From a virus: a stretch of DNA of 64,000 nucleotides. The notes beneath the pieces are model-generated. The model made no database searches. It was not told the DNA's origin and saw only the letters and a list, made by a program, of their open reading frames with translations. Position numbers and translations under genes: made by a program. The stretch lies in IMG/VR virus record IMGVR_UViG_3300014202_001529; one strand, 5' to 3'. This document shows, one piece after another, positions 1-10,082 of the stretch (its first letter is position 1; each line of letters begins with the position of its first letter).

Positions 1-1225
1 AGGTGTCGCTTTTGGCGGTTCTGCCTTTTTTGCTTTTGGCGGTTCTTCCTTTTTTGCTTTAGGTGGTTGTGTGTTTTTTGCTTTAGGCGTCGTCGCTTTT
101 TTTACCTTTTTTTCAGGTGCAGGCGCAGCAGCCGTAGCGGCTGAACCGGATGGCTTTTCTTCCATTGCTGCAAGCTGAGCTTTAGCCGTGGCAATGGACT
201 TTTCCAGGCTTTCCCGTGCTGCGCCTTGAATGGCAGGATTACTCAACCCCTTTTCCATTTTGGCTATTTTGTCTTGCAATGTTTGCTTATCGTTCATCAC
301 AGATGTATTTTAAGTTTTTTAATATTTATGCAAATTCCATTGCCGTTTCCAATGCCTCAATCGCACTCGCCAAAGAAGCCTTATCGTCCCCTTCAGCAAA
401 TTCCATTGCCAGTTGCAGCGAACTGATTGCGGCCTGCAAATCGTTGTCTGCTGCTTCCTCTTCTTCCTCTTTCGCCTGTGCTTTTTTGATTTGTGAGAAC
501 GGGACTGGTTCCCAATTAAAATCCAGCTCTACACCGTTGCCCATTCGCCCGCGAGCGGCGTTTATTTCCTTCATCGAAAGATAACCCCATTCCGCGTTCT
601 GGTCGTCACCTCCCAGGATGGCAAAGCCAAACAGTTTGTCTTTTCCGTCCCATTCCGCGATGTACCAATCCGAATTGTCAATAAAAAAGTGCGCGTAGAT
701 GATTTTTTCCGCTGCCGGCACGCTTTCCGTAGCGTACAGTGCTGGAATGGATTCTACCTGCACTTTGAGTGGCGCCAGTACGTTGTCTGCATAGCCTGGT
801 TCTGCATTTTCCAGAATGATTCTGGAAACAACCCGCTGTTGTATTTTGGGCATGAACCGGGAAAGCTTTTCCCCAAAGGTGAACGGCTCCGCGATTTGCG
901 CCTGAACCTTTGTGTCTACTTCCACCACTTCGCCGGATTTGATTTCCGTCACCCGCCCGTAGATGTCGCAGGTGTGGATGCCGTCCAGACAGTCGAGCAA
1001 GTAGTTGAGTCTTGAGAACTCCGTGACGCGCTGTGAAACGTTTCGGCTGCTCGCTCTTTCTTTTTCTTTTTCAGCCTCAACAATTGCCAGGCGACGCTGA
1101 AATTCTTCGGGAGATAATAAGATAGAAACGTCATCTGACAGTTTATTTAGCCGGATTTGGTATTCTTCCTTAACATGCGTAAAATCATCAAAAACGGTGA
1201 GTTTGTGTCGAGACAGGATACGTTC
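1..1225. repeat. Copy 1 of a 1225-bp exact overlap marking circularity
   Basis: aggtgtcgcttttggc at 1 and 62776; duplicated ORFs are offset by 62775 (216 vs 62991). Confidence 0.97.
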
Positions 1226-4200
1226 CTGAACCTGTTTAAGTTTTTCACGCTGTTTTCGGAAAGTATCCAGTGTAGAGCCTTTTTCGTAACTGCCATAGGA
1301 TACGTTTGCATAAGCACGAATAAATGCCATCATGGCTTTTTCAGTATCCGGCTCTGTCTCGTATTTTGCGAGCATTTGAGCTACTTTTTCACGTCCTGAT
1401 TGTTTATCCTCTTCAGTGTACGCGTCTATTCTGGGGTTTGTCTTCGCTTCTAAAAGCCAGCCTTCCATTTTTTGAAAGGTTGCTTGGAAGTTATCGCGCT
1501 GTGAGACCACATTGTTTAATTGGTTAATAGCAGACCACGCGAGTAACGCTTCTGACTTCAAAAATTCTTCTTCCTGCTTCACTTCGTATTTTACAATCGC
1601 CTCCGGATCGTTGATCAGGCCGCGTTTCAGCTCTTCTGCATTCAGCTCCGATTCCTCAAAAGCTTTGGTCCCGTCCGTTTTGGTCCAAACTGAATTCAAT
1701 CGCGCCATCTTTTCAGACAGCTTCTGCCATGTAAAAATGTCGCTGGAGTTTTCAATGAGTGGCACTACGATTCGGACAAAACCGTATTTATTGCCAAATC
1801 GCCAGATGCGCCCCATTAATTGGTGCAGGTCTGTTGGATTCCAGTCTAAATAGCACACGTAGATCACGCTTCCGTTTTTTTGAAGATCGACGCCTTCGCG
1901 CATGGTGCTGGTACCAATGATCACCTTTATTTCGCCTTCCAAAAAGGCTTCCTTTATTTTTTCGCGGCGATCGGCACTTATGCCTGCGTGAAATTCAGCC
2001 ACTTCTTTGTCGCTAAACCCTACGTTTTTGACCAAATATTCTTTGATCGTCGGAAACCACTCCTTGCCCCGATCTGAATAAATAATCTGTCCCGAAATTG
2101 GCGTTTTGTTTTTTTCGTGGTGTGCCTTTACGCTGCGAATGCACTCGCAGGCATACAGTATTTTCGGCGAATTTTTGACAAACTCGTCGGCAGGTATTTC
2201 ACCTGGGTATCCAACTGACACGTCGCCGTACCTCACCGCATACGGAGAAAACGTAGCCATTCTGGCAGCATTCATTGCGATAAGCGTTCTACCGTCAACT
2301 ATTCCCTTTTTGTTTGGCGGATACGCCTGTGCAATTGGGTTTTCACGGTCATTTTCGGCGGCAGCAAATTGAGCCGCTGCTTTCAACCATTGCATTTGCA
2401 AAGGCGCCGGAGGAAGTACGGTATCTACAATGTACTGAAAATCTAATGGGATGCCTTTTTCATCAGTTTTCAGCGGTAGTACTACTTTTTCCGGGCGATG
2501 TATGTTTGCATCTTCACCTGTTTTGTAGTTTACCGAACGGCGAACCAAGGATTGCAAAATGGGAAGGTTATTGTAGCCACGAATGACCGCCTTAATAGCG
2601 AACTGGCCTGCTGTCGTCCAGGCATCCTCAAGCGTTTCATCAATAAAGGTGGAACAAAATTGAGCGAGGTTGTATACGTCAAAATCCTTCATGCCGTGGT
2701 AGTCAAACAAAGACAGCATGGAGTAGATTTCCGTAGCCCTGTTGGTGAATGGTGTAGCCGTCAGGCCAAAGGTATTGCGCAGGTTTTTTTGATCTTGGAC
2801 ATAAGCGTTCAACATGAATAGCTTCACGGCACGGGTGCTCGGTGAACTACTGCCCCCGGAAAAGAAATCTTTTCGTTGACGCTCACCGTCACGGCCTATA
2901 TCTCCGCGAACTTCCATGAACAGGTTCCGGAAATTGTGCCCTTCATCCACGATAATGCAATCAATCCCCATTTCATCGATGGTCACTTTGGTGTCTTTTA
3001 ACGCCGTGTCTATCCAGGTATCTGCCTGCCCTTCAATAATTGCTTTTGATCGGCCACTTTCGCCTTGTGAAAGGGCTTCGGCCAACCGCTGGCTAAGCTT
3101 ATTTTCAATTTTCTCGGTAAACCCAATCAGCTCCAGCCCTTCGTAGGTCACCATCGTAATGGAGTATTCTTCCACGGTGAGCGTGATGCTGCCTTGTGTC
3201 GCTTTACCCAGATATTTGCCGCCTAAATTGTAGTAGTCGTTCACCTTCAGTTGCGGCAGAATCCCTTCCGATATAATCTGACCGGCTTTGATGCTTTTGC
3301 CGTTAATGGTCATCGCCTTTTCAGCCTTGATGCCGGAGATTTCCGCAATCCATTTGTGGTAAACTTTTTGCGGCACTACGATCATAGGCCGTTTAAACAA
3401 GCCTTTTTCAATGCCGTCCATAATGCCCAAAATGGCCGTCAGGGTTTTGCCGACGCCCACATCAAAGGCTACAATGCCTCTGCCACGTCCACCCATAAAA
3501 GCGACGCCTTCGCGTTGTGCCGGGCGAATGGCCAGTTTGCCGCCTTTGAACGAACGGTTTACAGAAAATCCAACGGGAATTCGATGGTAGGCTATGTCCA
3601 CGTAGTTGTTGCGCAGGCTATTCCAAAGCCCTGCAATTTTGGCTTTATCCACCTCGGCTAACTGCTCAATAATGAAACGGTCAAAAAGCCTTTGCCCGAT
3701 AATGGTTGTATTTCTCTTTATGGATGCTTTTTCTGCTTCTGAGTAGAGGTTACGCGGGAAATTTATCTTCAGTATCCAACGATTATATATATCCTGTGCA
3801 TTTGTTTGTTTTCTCTCGAAAACAAAATCGCTATTAGGCAATTGGTCCATCCAATTTTTAAAAAACGACCATATAGAAAGCTGTTCACCCTCATCTGCTG
3901 CATAGCCATTTGCAATTTGCTTGATTTCTACATCGTCCCAAATTTTGTCGAAAGGCGACAAATACAATCGCTTGGTTTCGTCCAGTGTGATCAACAATTG
4001 CTTAGGCTTTGCGGCCTGCATTTTGTTGACTTGCAGGTCGTAGCCCCCTTCTCCGATCATCTCCACAATGGCAGCCTTGTTGTCTTCCAGGATGCGTAGG
4101 TTGCGGTAGATGTTGCCGGAGTAGTACAGGCTTTCAGGAACCCACTCCTGGCCGTTGTAGGCAACAAGCTCTTGCTCCCACCAGCTCAGCCACTGGTCTT

Positions 4201-5101
4201 TTGAAGGATTTTCGATGAAATAGTCTTTCCAGTCGTTGCTCTTGATGGTCGCTTTGTCGTAAACCCCTTGCTGCACTTGATAGGTGACCCACACCGTTAT
4301 TTCTTCCGGCGAGATGGTGTAGTAAGCGGTTTGCCCACCTGGTGTTTTGTATTCTACTCTTTGATTATACCGCAGGATGGTTTCCCCCAAACATTCTAAT
4401 CCCTCTTCGCAAGTGCCGCCGCGATTGCTACGTTCAGAATTCTGCTCTTTGGTCGCCTTTACAATCTGCGTAATTTTGGTGGCAAGTTGCACCTGCTTTT
4501 CAACCGGCGCTGCGGGCTGCATGGCTGCCGGCGTTTCATCCGGTTTCACATGCTCAAAGCGCATTCCGTTTCGGATGTGTGATAACCTTTTTATAGCATC
4601 TTCCAGGGACCCTTGAACTTCTGGTCGCGGTTTTCCAAATGCGTCGGTCAATTCCTTGCCGGTATTCTTGTTGTGGGTTACAATTTCGCCCAATACTTTG
4701 CCAGGGTTGTCGAGGAAGTATTGGCCGGAAAATGGGCTTGCGCTTTTTTGGGTAATAACCGTAGCAAATGTTTCTGGCACCGTTAATTTTGCGGACTCCG
4801 TGGTTGCTGTGGTGACAGGTATGATAGGTAATTTTTCAATATACCAATACTTCGTCATTAAGCTTTCTACTGCTTTGGCCAAGTTTGAGTTGCCGTCCAA
4901 TAGCTTCGTTCCAACAATATCGGTAATTTTATACTTTGATCTATTTTGGTAGATATTTGCAACTTTTTTACCGCTTCTATTGAACAGTTCTATATCGCCT
5001 TTATCGTTCAGCGCTACTGTCCATCCGTATTGAGATACAGTTTCCAGCAGTTGCGCATCAATTGTGCTGACTGGTGCAGCGGGTGTTTTTAGCTTTGCCA
5101 T
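326..5101 (-). CDS. Large SNF2/SF2 helicase (DarB / large-polyvalent-protein type) with C-terminal DUF2958-like domain
   Basis: Motif I AFDVGVGKT, motif II IIVDEGHN, motif III LTATPFTN, motif V GTSTMREGVDLQ, motif VI QLMGRIWRFGN. C-terminal HFFIDNSDWYIAEWDG...FG...AEWGYLS is typical of DUF2958. Start taken at MAKLKTP. Confidence 0.85.
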   Translation of the reverse strand: MAKLKTPAAPVSTIDAQLLETVSQYGWTVALNDKGDIELFNRSGKKVANIYQNRSKYKITDIVGTKLLDGNSNLAKAVESLMTKYWYIEKLPIIPVTTATTESAKLTVPETFATVITQKSASPFSGQYFLDNPGKVLGEIVTHNKNTGKELTDAFGKPRPEVQGSLEDAIKRLSHIRNGMRFEHVKPDETPAAMQPAAPVEKQVQLATKITQIVKATKEQNSERSNRGGTCEEGLECLGETILRYNQRVEYKTPGGQTAYYTISPEEITVWVTYQVQQGVYDKATIKSNDWKDYFIENPSKDQWLSWWEQELVAYNGQEWVPESLYYSGNIYRNLRILEDNKAAIVEMIGEGGYDLQVNKMQAAKPKQLLITLDETKRLYLSPFDKIWDDVEIKQIANGYAADEGEQLSIWSFFKNWMDQLPNSDFVFERKQTNAQDIYNRWILKINFPRNLYSEAEKASIKRNTTIIGQRLFDRFIIEQLAEVDKAKIAGLWNSLRNNYVDIAYHRIPVGFSVNRSFKGGKLAIRPAQREGVAFMGGRGRGIVAFDVGVGKTLTAILGIMDGIEKGLFKRPMIVVPQKVYHKWIAEISGIKAEKAMTINGKSIKAGQIISEGILPQLKVNDYYNLGGKYLGKATQGSITLTVEEYSITMVTYEGLELIGFTEKIENKLSQRLAEALSQGESGRSKAIIEGQADTWIDTALKDTKVTIDEMGIDCIIVDEGHNFRNLFMEVRGDIGRDGERQRKDFFSGGSSSPSTRAVKLFMLNAYVQDQKNLRNTFGLTATPFTNRATEIYSMLSLFDYHGMKDFDVYNLAQFCSTFIDETLEDAWTTAGQFAIKAVIRGYNNLPILQSLVRRSVNYKTGEDANIHRPEKVVLPLKTDEKGIPLDFQYIVDTVLPPAPLQMQWLKAAAQFAAAENDRENPIAQAYPPNKKGIVDGRTLIAMNAARMATFSPYAVRYGDVSVGYPGEIPADEFVKNSPKILYACECIRSVKAHHEKNKTPISGQIIYSDRGKEWFPTIKEYLVKNVGFSDKEVAEFHAGISADRREKIKEAFLEGEIKVIIGTSTMREGVDLQKNGSVIYVCYLDWNPTDLHQLMGRIWRFGNKYGFVRIVVPLIENSSDIFTWQKLSEKMARLNSVWTKTDGTKAFEESELNAEELKRGLINDPEAIVKYEVKQEEEFLKSEALLAWSAINQLNNVVSQRDNFQATFQKMEGWLLEAKTNPRIDAYTEEDKQSGREKVAQMLAKYETEPDTEKAMMAFIRAYANVSYGSYEKGSTLDTFRKQREKLKQVQERILSRHKLTVFDDFTHVKEEYQIRLNKLSDDVSILLSPEEFQRRLAIVEAEKEKERASSRNVSQRVTEFSRLNYLLDCLDGIHTCDIYGRVTEIKSGEVVEVDTKVQAQIAEPFTFGEKLSRFMPKIQQRVVSRIILENAEPGYADNVLAPLKVQVESIPALYATESVPAAEKIIYAHFFIDNSDWYIAEWDGKDKLFGFAILGGDDQNAEWGYLSMKEINAARGRMGNGVELDFNWEPVPFSQIKKAQAKEEEEEAADNDLQAAISSLQLAMEFAEGDDKASLASAIEALETAMEFA

Positions 5102-5108
5102 AAGTCGT

Positions 5109-5333
5109 TTAGTCGAGGTGAGACAATTCCATTTCCACTTCGGCAATAGCCGTTTGGATGCTTACCGGCTCTTCCCGGGTCATTAGGTTGTTGGTGAGCA
5201 TGCGCTCCAGCTCTGCATAATTGCCAGTACGCAGCGCACACACTTCCGGATGGGTTTCACAATGCAGCTTTTCTACTTCCTGCTTAATTTCATCCTGGAG
5301 CACCTTCAGCACTCCGTTGATCATGGCGTCCAT
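5109..5333 (-). CDS. Small helical hypothetical protein between methylase and helicase
   Basis: 74-aa ORF filling the gap; in frame with the upstream methylase, separated only by TGA-CCT. Confidence 0.6.
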   Translation of the reverse strand: MDAMINGVLKVLQDEIKQEVEKLHCETHPEVCALRTGNYAELERMLTNNLMTREEPVSIQTAIAEVEMELSHLD

Positions 5334-5336
5334 AGG

Positions 5337-6071
5337 TCATTTTTTTTTGAAGACAACAATATCCGTTTGCACGTCTGTGGCTTCAAAGACGCGCTTAGGC
5401 AGCCGGTATGCATCCAGCATTTCAGCCTTGGCTAAAATGTCGCGTTTGCAGTCGTTTTCCTTCCCGTCTATAAAGCTGGAAGGGATGATGTAAACCAGAA
5501 TCCCGCCAGGTAGCAACAGGTCCAATCCGCGTGTGATGAAATACTCCACGTAGTTGGCAGCTTTGGTGATCTGCTTTTCGGCAGCGGTGCCTTTGCCGGT
5601 GAAATCGCCATACGGCGGATTCCCGATAACAAGATTGTATTCCATTTTCCAGGTTTGTGCAACGCCGGTGCGATCGGCAAACAAAGCGTTGAATGTTCCT
5701 AAGCGAATGTCGAAGGTTGGGAAATTGGCTTTGGCTATGCGGTAGCTTACTTCGTCCAGCTCGATGCCGGTGACGGATGCTTCCGGACTGAAATAGTGCA
5801 AAATCCGGCCTATTCCGCAAGATGGCTCTAACACCTTGCCACCGGTGAACCCGTGGTGATGTGCCAGACCAACCATTTTTTCGACAATCGGGATCGGCGT
5901 GTAGTATTCATACAGGCCACGTTCTTTTTTCAGGTCGGCTTCAAAGTTCCACATGCCGCCAAATCCGATGTACTGATTAACATAAGCCAGTTCGCTGATG
6001 GTGTACGGTGGGGTTTTGCCCATCACGAACTGCGCTATTTCCTGGTTGAGTTTGTAGGCGCCCTGGTTCAT
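5337..6071 (-). CDS. N6-adenine DNA methyltransferase (DarB-like methylase domain, stand-alone)
   Basis: Motif I VLEPSCGIG, motif IV GNPPY, EYYTP near the N-terminus. Start MNQGAY overlaps the upstream stop (ATGA). Confidence 0.88.
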   Translation of the reverse strand: MNQGAYKLNQEIAQFVMGKTPPYTISELAYVNQYIGFGGMWNFEADLKKERGLYEYYTPIPIVEKMVGLAHHHGFTGGKVLEPSCGIGRILHYFSPEASVTGIELDEVSYRIAKANFPTFDIRLGTFNALFADRTGVAQTWKMEYNLVIGNPPYGDFTGKGTAAEKQITKAANYVEYFITRGLDLLLPGGILVYIIPSSFIDGKENDCKRDILAKAEMLDAYRLPKRVFEATDVQTDIVVFKKK

Positions 6072-6754
6072 GTTGTTGCCATTTTGGAGGTGAAAATGTT
6101 GATGCTGGTGCCCCCTTTCTTCTTCACCCAAAACCAAATGCCAACAATGATGAGCAGCACCAGAATGATGATGAAAATGGTAGAGCCTCCGCCGCCACTG
6201 CCTGGTTCCTTGATTTTGGAGCCAAAGAGAAAGCTCCAAATCTTTTCGAGCAGGTTGGGCTTGTCTATGAAGATTTCGTAAGACATTGGATTGAGCGCCA
6301 AAAGGCCAAACAGGCTACCCCCAGGCGCATCTTCCGTTTGTCCGTACCCTACAATGCTATCCTTGCCGATAGCAGGATTGTAAAATCCGCCGCCTTCGGG
6401 GTTGTACTCCAGCTTCAGCACATTTTCCATCATAAATTTGATGTTGCGCCGGTTGATTTGCTCTCCAACCAGTTTGGCAACGGGTTGCAGTTTTTCACCC
6501 TCTACATACTCCGTACCATTGGGTTGGATGAAGAAAATAAGCGTAGGGTCGGTTTTGACTTTTAGCTGCGGGTGCTTTTTTGCATCGGCCATCGGAAAAG
6601 ACCAGTAATCAATGCCAGAAAGCATGGCTTCGTCTTGTGGAAAACTTTCCATGCCTGCCCAAATTTCTTCTGAGAAATTGTGACCATCTGCCCAGTATTT
6701 TTCCCAGTCTTCTGTGTAGACGGCCAGAAGGTAATAGTACTTTAAATCACTCAT
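6068..6754 (-). CDS. Membrane-anchored protein with possible degenerate thioredoxin-like domain
   Basis: PTLIFF segment resembling the thioredoxin cis-Pro strand; C-terminal hydrophobic run IFIIILVLLIIVGIWFWV followed by KKK; no CxxC. Confidence 0.45.
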   Translation of the reverse strand: MSDLKYYYLLAVYTEDWEKYWADGHNFSEEIWAGMESFPQDEAMLSGIDYWSFPMADAKKHPQLKVKTDPTLIFFIQPNGTEYVEGEKLQPVAKLVGEQINRRNIKFMMENVLKLEYNPEGGGFYNPAIGKDSIVGYGQTEDAPGGSLFGLLALNPMSYEIFIDKPNLLEKIWSFLFGSKIKEPGSGGGGSTIFIIILVLLIIVGIWFWVKKKGGTSINIFTSKMATT

Positions 6755-7488
6755 ATCCGATTATACTTTTGAGTTAAAGCGACGCACGCAACGAGTGCCA
6801 CCACAATGAGTAGAAAAAGCCCCCATTCGCGCTGTGCAGCAGGCGAGTGCAGGATGTATTTTGCGCTTTGCAAAAAGTAGAATATCCGGTTGTTTCCGGA
6901 TGCCGTCACCGCGCCTTCTTCCGACTGATCGGGGAATTTTTCCAGCCGGTTCAGCCAGCCTTGCAAAAAGCCCGACTGTTGCGGCTTTGAGGTTACAATG
7001 TCCTGGTAGTATTGCGCCCGGCGATCTTTGTACAAGTTGTGGAGCACGCCAGGGTGATGCTGATCCACGGCAGACAATGTGGCTGTGCCAATGCGACCAT
7101 CCACCTTCAGCTTTTCGCCGAATTTCTGGTTCAGGGTGCTTTGCAGCATCGTGATTCCACCGGTTTTGCCGCTGCTCCCGGGACCGTGTTGGATGGTGGC
7201 ATCGAATACGATTTCAGCGAGCGCCTGGTTGGCGATTTCGCCCAACTGGTTTTTGTCCCAAAACCACTTTTTGTAAATCTCCATCGCCACGGCCTGCGAC
7301 AAGCCTTTCATATCGGCTGCACTTGGCACGCGACCAAGCCACGATTCCAGAATGGGCGCAGAAATACCGTATTTGGTGCCAACCAACTGGCCACGGCTGT
7401 TGTAGTTGCCGCTGTCCATGTCGTTGTTCTGGTAGCCGCCTTCTAATTCCAAAATTTTGGCCTGCAATGACGAGGTGAACTTTGCCAT
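6751..7488 (-). CDS. Glycoside hydrolase family 108 lysozyme with peptidoglycan-binding domain and C-terminal TM anchor
   Basis: EGGY...D.G...GTKYGIS catalytic segment; RRAQYY...FLQGWLNRL PG_binding_3-type tail; terminal hydrophobic helix. Confidence 0.88.
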   Translation of the reverse strand: MAKFTSSLQAKILELEGGYQNNDMDSGNYNSRGQLVGTKYGISAPILESWLGRVPSAADMKGLSQAVAMEIYKKWFWDKNQLGEIANQALAEIVFDATIQHGPGSSGKTGGITMLQSTLNQKFGEKLKVDGRIGTATLSAVDQHHPGVLHNLYKDRRAQYYQDIVTSKPQQSGFLQGWLNRLEKFPDQSEEGAVTASGNNRIFYFLQSAKYILHSPAAQREWGLFLLIVVALVACVALTQKYNRI

Positions 7489-7931
7489 TATTTCTTCTTT
7501 TTGCGGGTGAACCAGAACCAAGCCAGAACGGCCAGGCCAATGATGATGAGCGACGCCAACACCCAGCTAAACTCCTTCAGCCTTTTGATGACGTCCACGC
7601 CGATGCCTACTTTGCCGATCGGGTAGCCCAATTCGCTTAGCGTGTCCATTAGGGTACTTTCCGTGGCCCAATCAGCGGCGTCAATTGTTCGAAGAACGTT
7701 GCCGCTTGATGCCTCGATGAAAGCAAAAGAAGGAATGTTTGACAGGCCGTATTGGCTCATCAACAGCATGGTGTCTTCATTCTCATCATCCATCACCGGG
7801 AAAAGCACGGTGTTGCCTAACTGCTGGTAGTAGTTCTCGCTTACGCGCTCAACGATTTTAAGCAGCGGACCACACGCCGCGCAGTTGTCGGAGTGGAAGT
7901 AGAACACTGTGATCAAATTTTCGCTTTTCAT
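7488..7931 (-). CDS. Thioredoxin-fold protein (CAAC) with C-terminal TM anchor
   Basis: VFYFHSDNCAACGPL active-site context, YGLSNIPSFAF, C-terminal TM followed by RKKKK. Confidence 0.8.
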   Translation of the reverse strand: MKSENLITVFYFHSDNCAACGPLLKIVERVSENYYQQLGNTVLFPVMDDENEDTMLLMSQYGLSNIPSFAFIEASSGNVLRTIDAADWATESTLMDTLSELGYPIGKVGIGVDVIKRLKEFSWVLASLIIIGLAVLAWFWFTRKKKK

Positions 7932-8350
7932 TTTTTTCTACGTTTGCGGGTGTACCAGAAATAGCAGATGGCGATGAGGATGACGCCCAGAATGGCCAGC
8001 ATCCAGGCGTTGCGAGGATTGAGAATGAGAATGACCTGATTGAAAAGCGAAGGTGTTGTGCGCTCGTATCCCAGCTGTGCGAGCTGGTCCACAATGGTGC
8101 CTTCTGTGATGGCCGATGCCGGCGCAATGACCTGCTGAACTTTGGTGTCGAAAAAAGTGACCTGCGGGAGGTCCGTAATGGAAAGGTTCTGAACGGCATC
8201 CGGAGATGCATCCGGGTCTAAAATAGAGAAGACCACCTTGGTTTCGTCATACTGAAGCCGTAGGCGGTCGAAGATTGCAGCCAAGCGGCTGTAATCGGTT
8301 GAAGTCTTTTTTGCGACTAAAATAACGTTCATCACGAGTATTTTAGCCAT
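7928..8350 (-). CDS. Thioredoxin-like paralogue lacking CxxC, with C-terminal TM anchor
   Basis: LSITDLPQVTFFD parallels the neighbour's LSNIPSFAFIE; both share a L(A/S)(Q/E)LGY segment; TM followed by RKRRKK. Confidence 0.55.
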   Translation of the reverse strand: MAKILVMNVILVAKKTSTDYSRLAAIFDRLRLQYDETKVVFSILDPDASPDAVQNLSITDLPQVTFFDTKVQQVIAPASAITEGTIVDQLAQLGYERTTPSLFNQVILILNPRNAWMLAILGVILIAICYFWYTRKRRKK

Positions 8351-8428
8351 CCTCTTAAACAGATTGCAGCGGGAAGTTTGGCGAAGGGCGCCTTCTGTTC
8401 CCACTGTAATCGCTGCAATATTAAACTT

Positions 8429-8710
8429 TTATTGTGAAATAATCAATTTTTGTTTAAAAATTGGATTTATTTTAACGGCAACCATCTTTGCTCCGGATGA
8501 TGTGTATTTGACTCCCAGTTCGATGTCAATATTTTTTTCATCAAGCTTTTTGACTACGATCATCTGATCGAATAGTCCATATTTGTTTAAGTCGTGCAAT
8601 GTGAAATCAGGGTTATGTGCCCTGATAAATGCCCATGCAATTATGATTGCAATTGTCTTTTTATTAAGCATAACGTTTAGCGTTTTTGTGTTGTGAATTA
8701 TATTTTCCAA
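8429..8710 (-). CDS. Hypothetical protein (AT-rich insert)
   Basis: ORF only. Confidence 0.45.
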   Translation of the reverse strand: MENIIHNTKTLNVMLNKKTIAIIIAWAFIRAHNPDFTLHDLNKYGLFDQMIVVKKLDEKNIDIELGVKYTSSGAKMVAVKINPIFKQKLIISQ

Positions 8711-9099
8711 TCTTTTCTCGCCCCATAAACCGGTCGAATCTCAAACACCGCATTTGGCTCGTTCTTTTGCAGTTGCGCCTGCGCATCCTCTGCACTTTCT
8801 AAGTGTTCGTACAACCGCTTTTTGATGTATTCCAGTTGGAATCCGGTTTCTCCGATCCATTCTTTTTCATTGTGGGTAGTGGCGTATTTGGTATTCCTGT
8901 AAATGCAGTAGCCAACAATCGTGTACTCTTGAATGGTATCGGCAGAAACGGATTCTGCATCAAATAAAATTTTTATTGCTGGTTTTAACCGATTGAAGTA
9001 GTCCTTGTTTTGGCGTACAACTTCAATAATGTCATCAATAGTGATGATTTCGCCATCTATTTTTAGGTGAAAGGTTTCCATCTTTTTGACTTTTAGCAA
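8698..9099 (-). CDS. Hypothetical protein
   Basis: ORF in a co-oriented chain. Confidence 0.6.
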   Translation of the reverse strand: MLKVKKMETFHLKIDGEIITIDDIIEVVRQNKDYFNRLKPAIKILFDAESVSADTIQEYTIVGYCIYRNTKYATTHNEKEWIGETGFQLEYIKKRLYEHLESAEDAQAQLQKNEPNAVFEIRPVYGARKDWKI

Positions 9100-9314
9100 A
9101 AAAGAAATAAAAAATCATTACGCGATAGTTCTTGGTCTACATAATAAGTCTTCCAAAACGAGCATGATTTTAACCTTCGGTAGCTCCAGTGAGAATTGTT
9201 CCATTGTTGGAGTTTCATCGCTAAAATTGACTTATCGCCCGGAGTATAAGCCTTCCAAAGGACTAAAACAGTAGAGCTATGTGTACCTATTTTGGCGTTT
9301 ATAGTGTTTTTCAT
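9093..9314 (-). CDS. Hypothetical protein
   Basis: ORF in a co-oriented chain. Confidence 0.5.
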   Translation of the reverse strand: MKNTINAKIGTHSSTVLVLWKAYTPGDKSILAMKLQQWNNSHWSYRRLKSCSFWKTYYVDQELSRNDFLFLFC

Positions 9315-9323
9315 GGCTGCATT

Positions 9324-9548
9324 TTATTTATACTCAATCCAATATTTTGTGTTGTCTTGCGAACTCAACGCTTTAATCCATTCCGACAACGTACACCGGT
9401 ACCCAATTGGAACCCATCCCCAGTAGCTTACACAACCACCACTTTTTTCTGCAATCCGGCAATGGGTCATTGCGCCGGTTTGCGGGGTCAATAGGGACGA
9501 CGATTCCAGGTGGATTAAATTCGCGTATCCGAGTAGTATCTCTATCAT
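9324..9548 (-). CDS. Hypothetical protein
   Basis: ORF in a co-oriented chain. Confidence 0.4.
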   Translation of the reverse strand: MIEILLGYANLIHLESSSLLTPQTGAMTHCRIAEKSGGCVSYWGWVPIGYRCTLSEWIKALSSQDNTKYWIEYK

Positions 9549-9554
9549 CGGCCA

Positions 9555-10082
9555 CTATTTTTTTGGCCAATACCGCTGAATAACCATTAGGTATTCTTCA
9601 GTATTCCCATGATGAAGCGATCTAAGCGCTTCAAAAAAACAAACGATTTCTTCGTGTACACTAAATACTTTTTTGGGCAAATGATAGGTAAATTCTTGAT
9701 CATAGTTCCACTCAATCCGGTCTCCTTTAATAAGAAACTGCGCAAGGGCATTGATGATGGTTCGGGATTTATCTGCATGGCAGTTAAACCCTTCGTAGAC
9801 TTGTATGATTTCGTCCAACTGCGCTTCAACAAATTCAGAATTAAGAAATAACCATTTGGCTTTATCGCTTATTCCCTCAATTTTTGAACTCAAAAACCCA
9901 TTCAAAAACTTTTCATACGGGTAGATCATGGTGTAAAAAAAAGACTCAACATCTCCTATCTTTTGGAGACAGTCTTTGTTGATGTGATCGGCCTCCAAAA
10001 CGGCTTGGTAAAGTGCTATTTCTTCGGCTTTAATACCGTCAACCATTGACAGCATTATCTTTTTCAAACTAACTTCTTCCAT
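9555..10082 (-). CDS. Hypothetical protein (AT-rich)
   Basis: 175-aa ORF. Confidence 0.65.
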   Translation of the reverse strand: MEEVSLKKIMLSMVDGIKAEEIALYQAVLEADHINKDCLQKIGDVESFFYTMIYPYEKFLNGFLSSKIEGISDKAKWLFLNSEFVEAQLDEIIQVYEGFNCHADKSRTIINALAQFLIKGDRIEWNYDQEFTYHLPKKVFSVHEEIVCFFEALRSLHHGNTEEYLMVIQRYWPKK

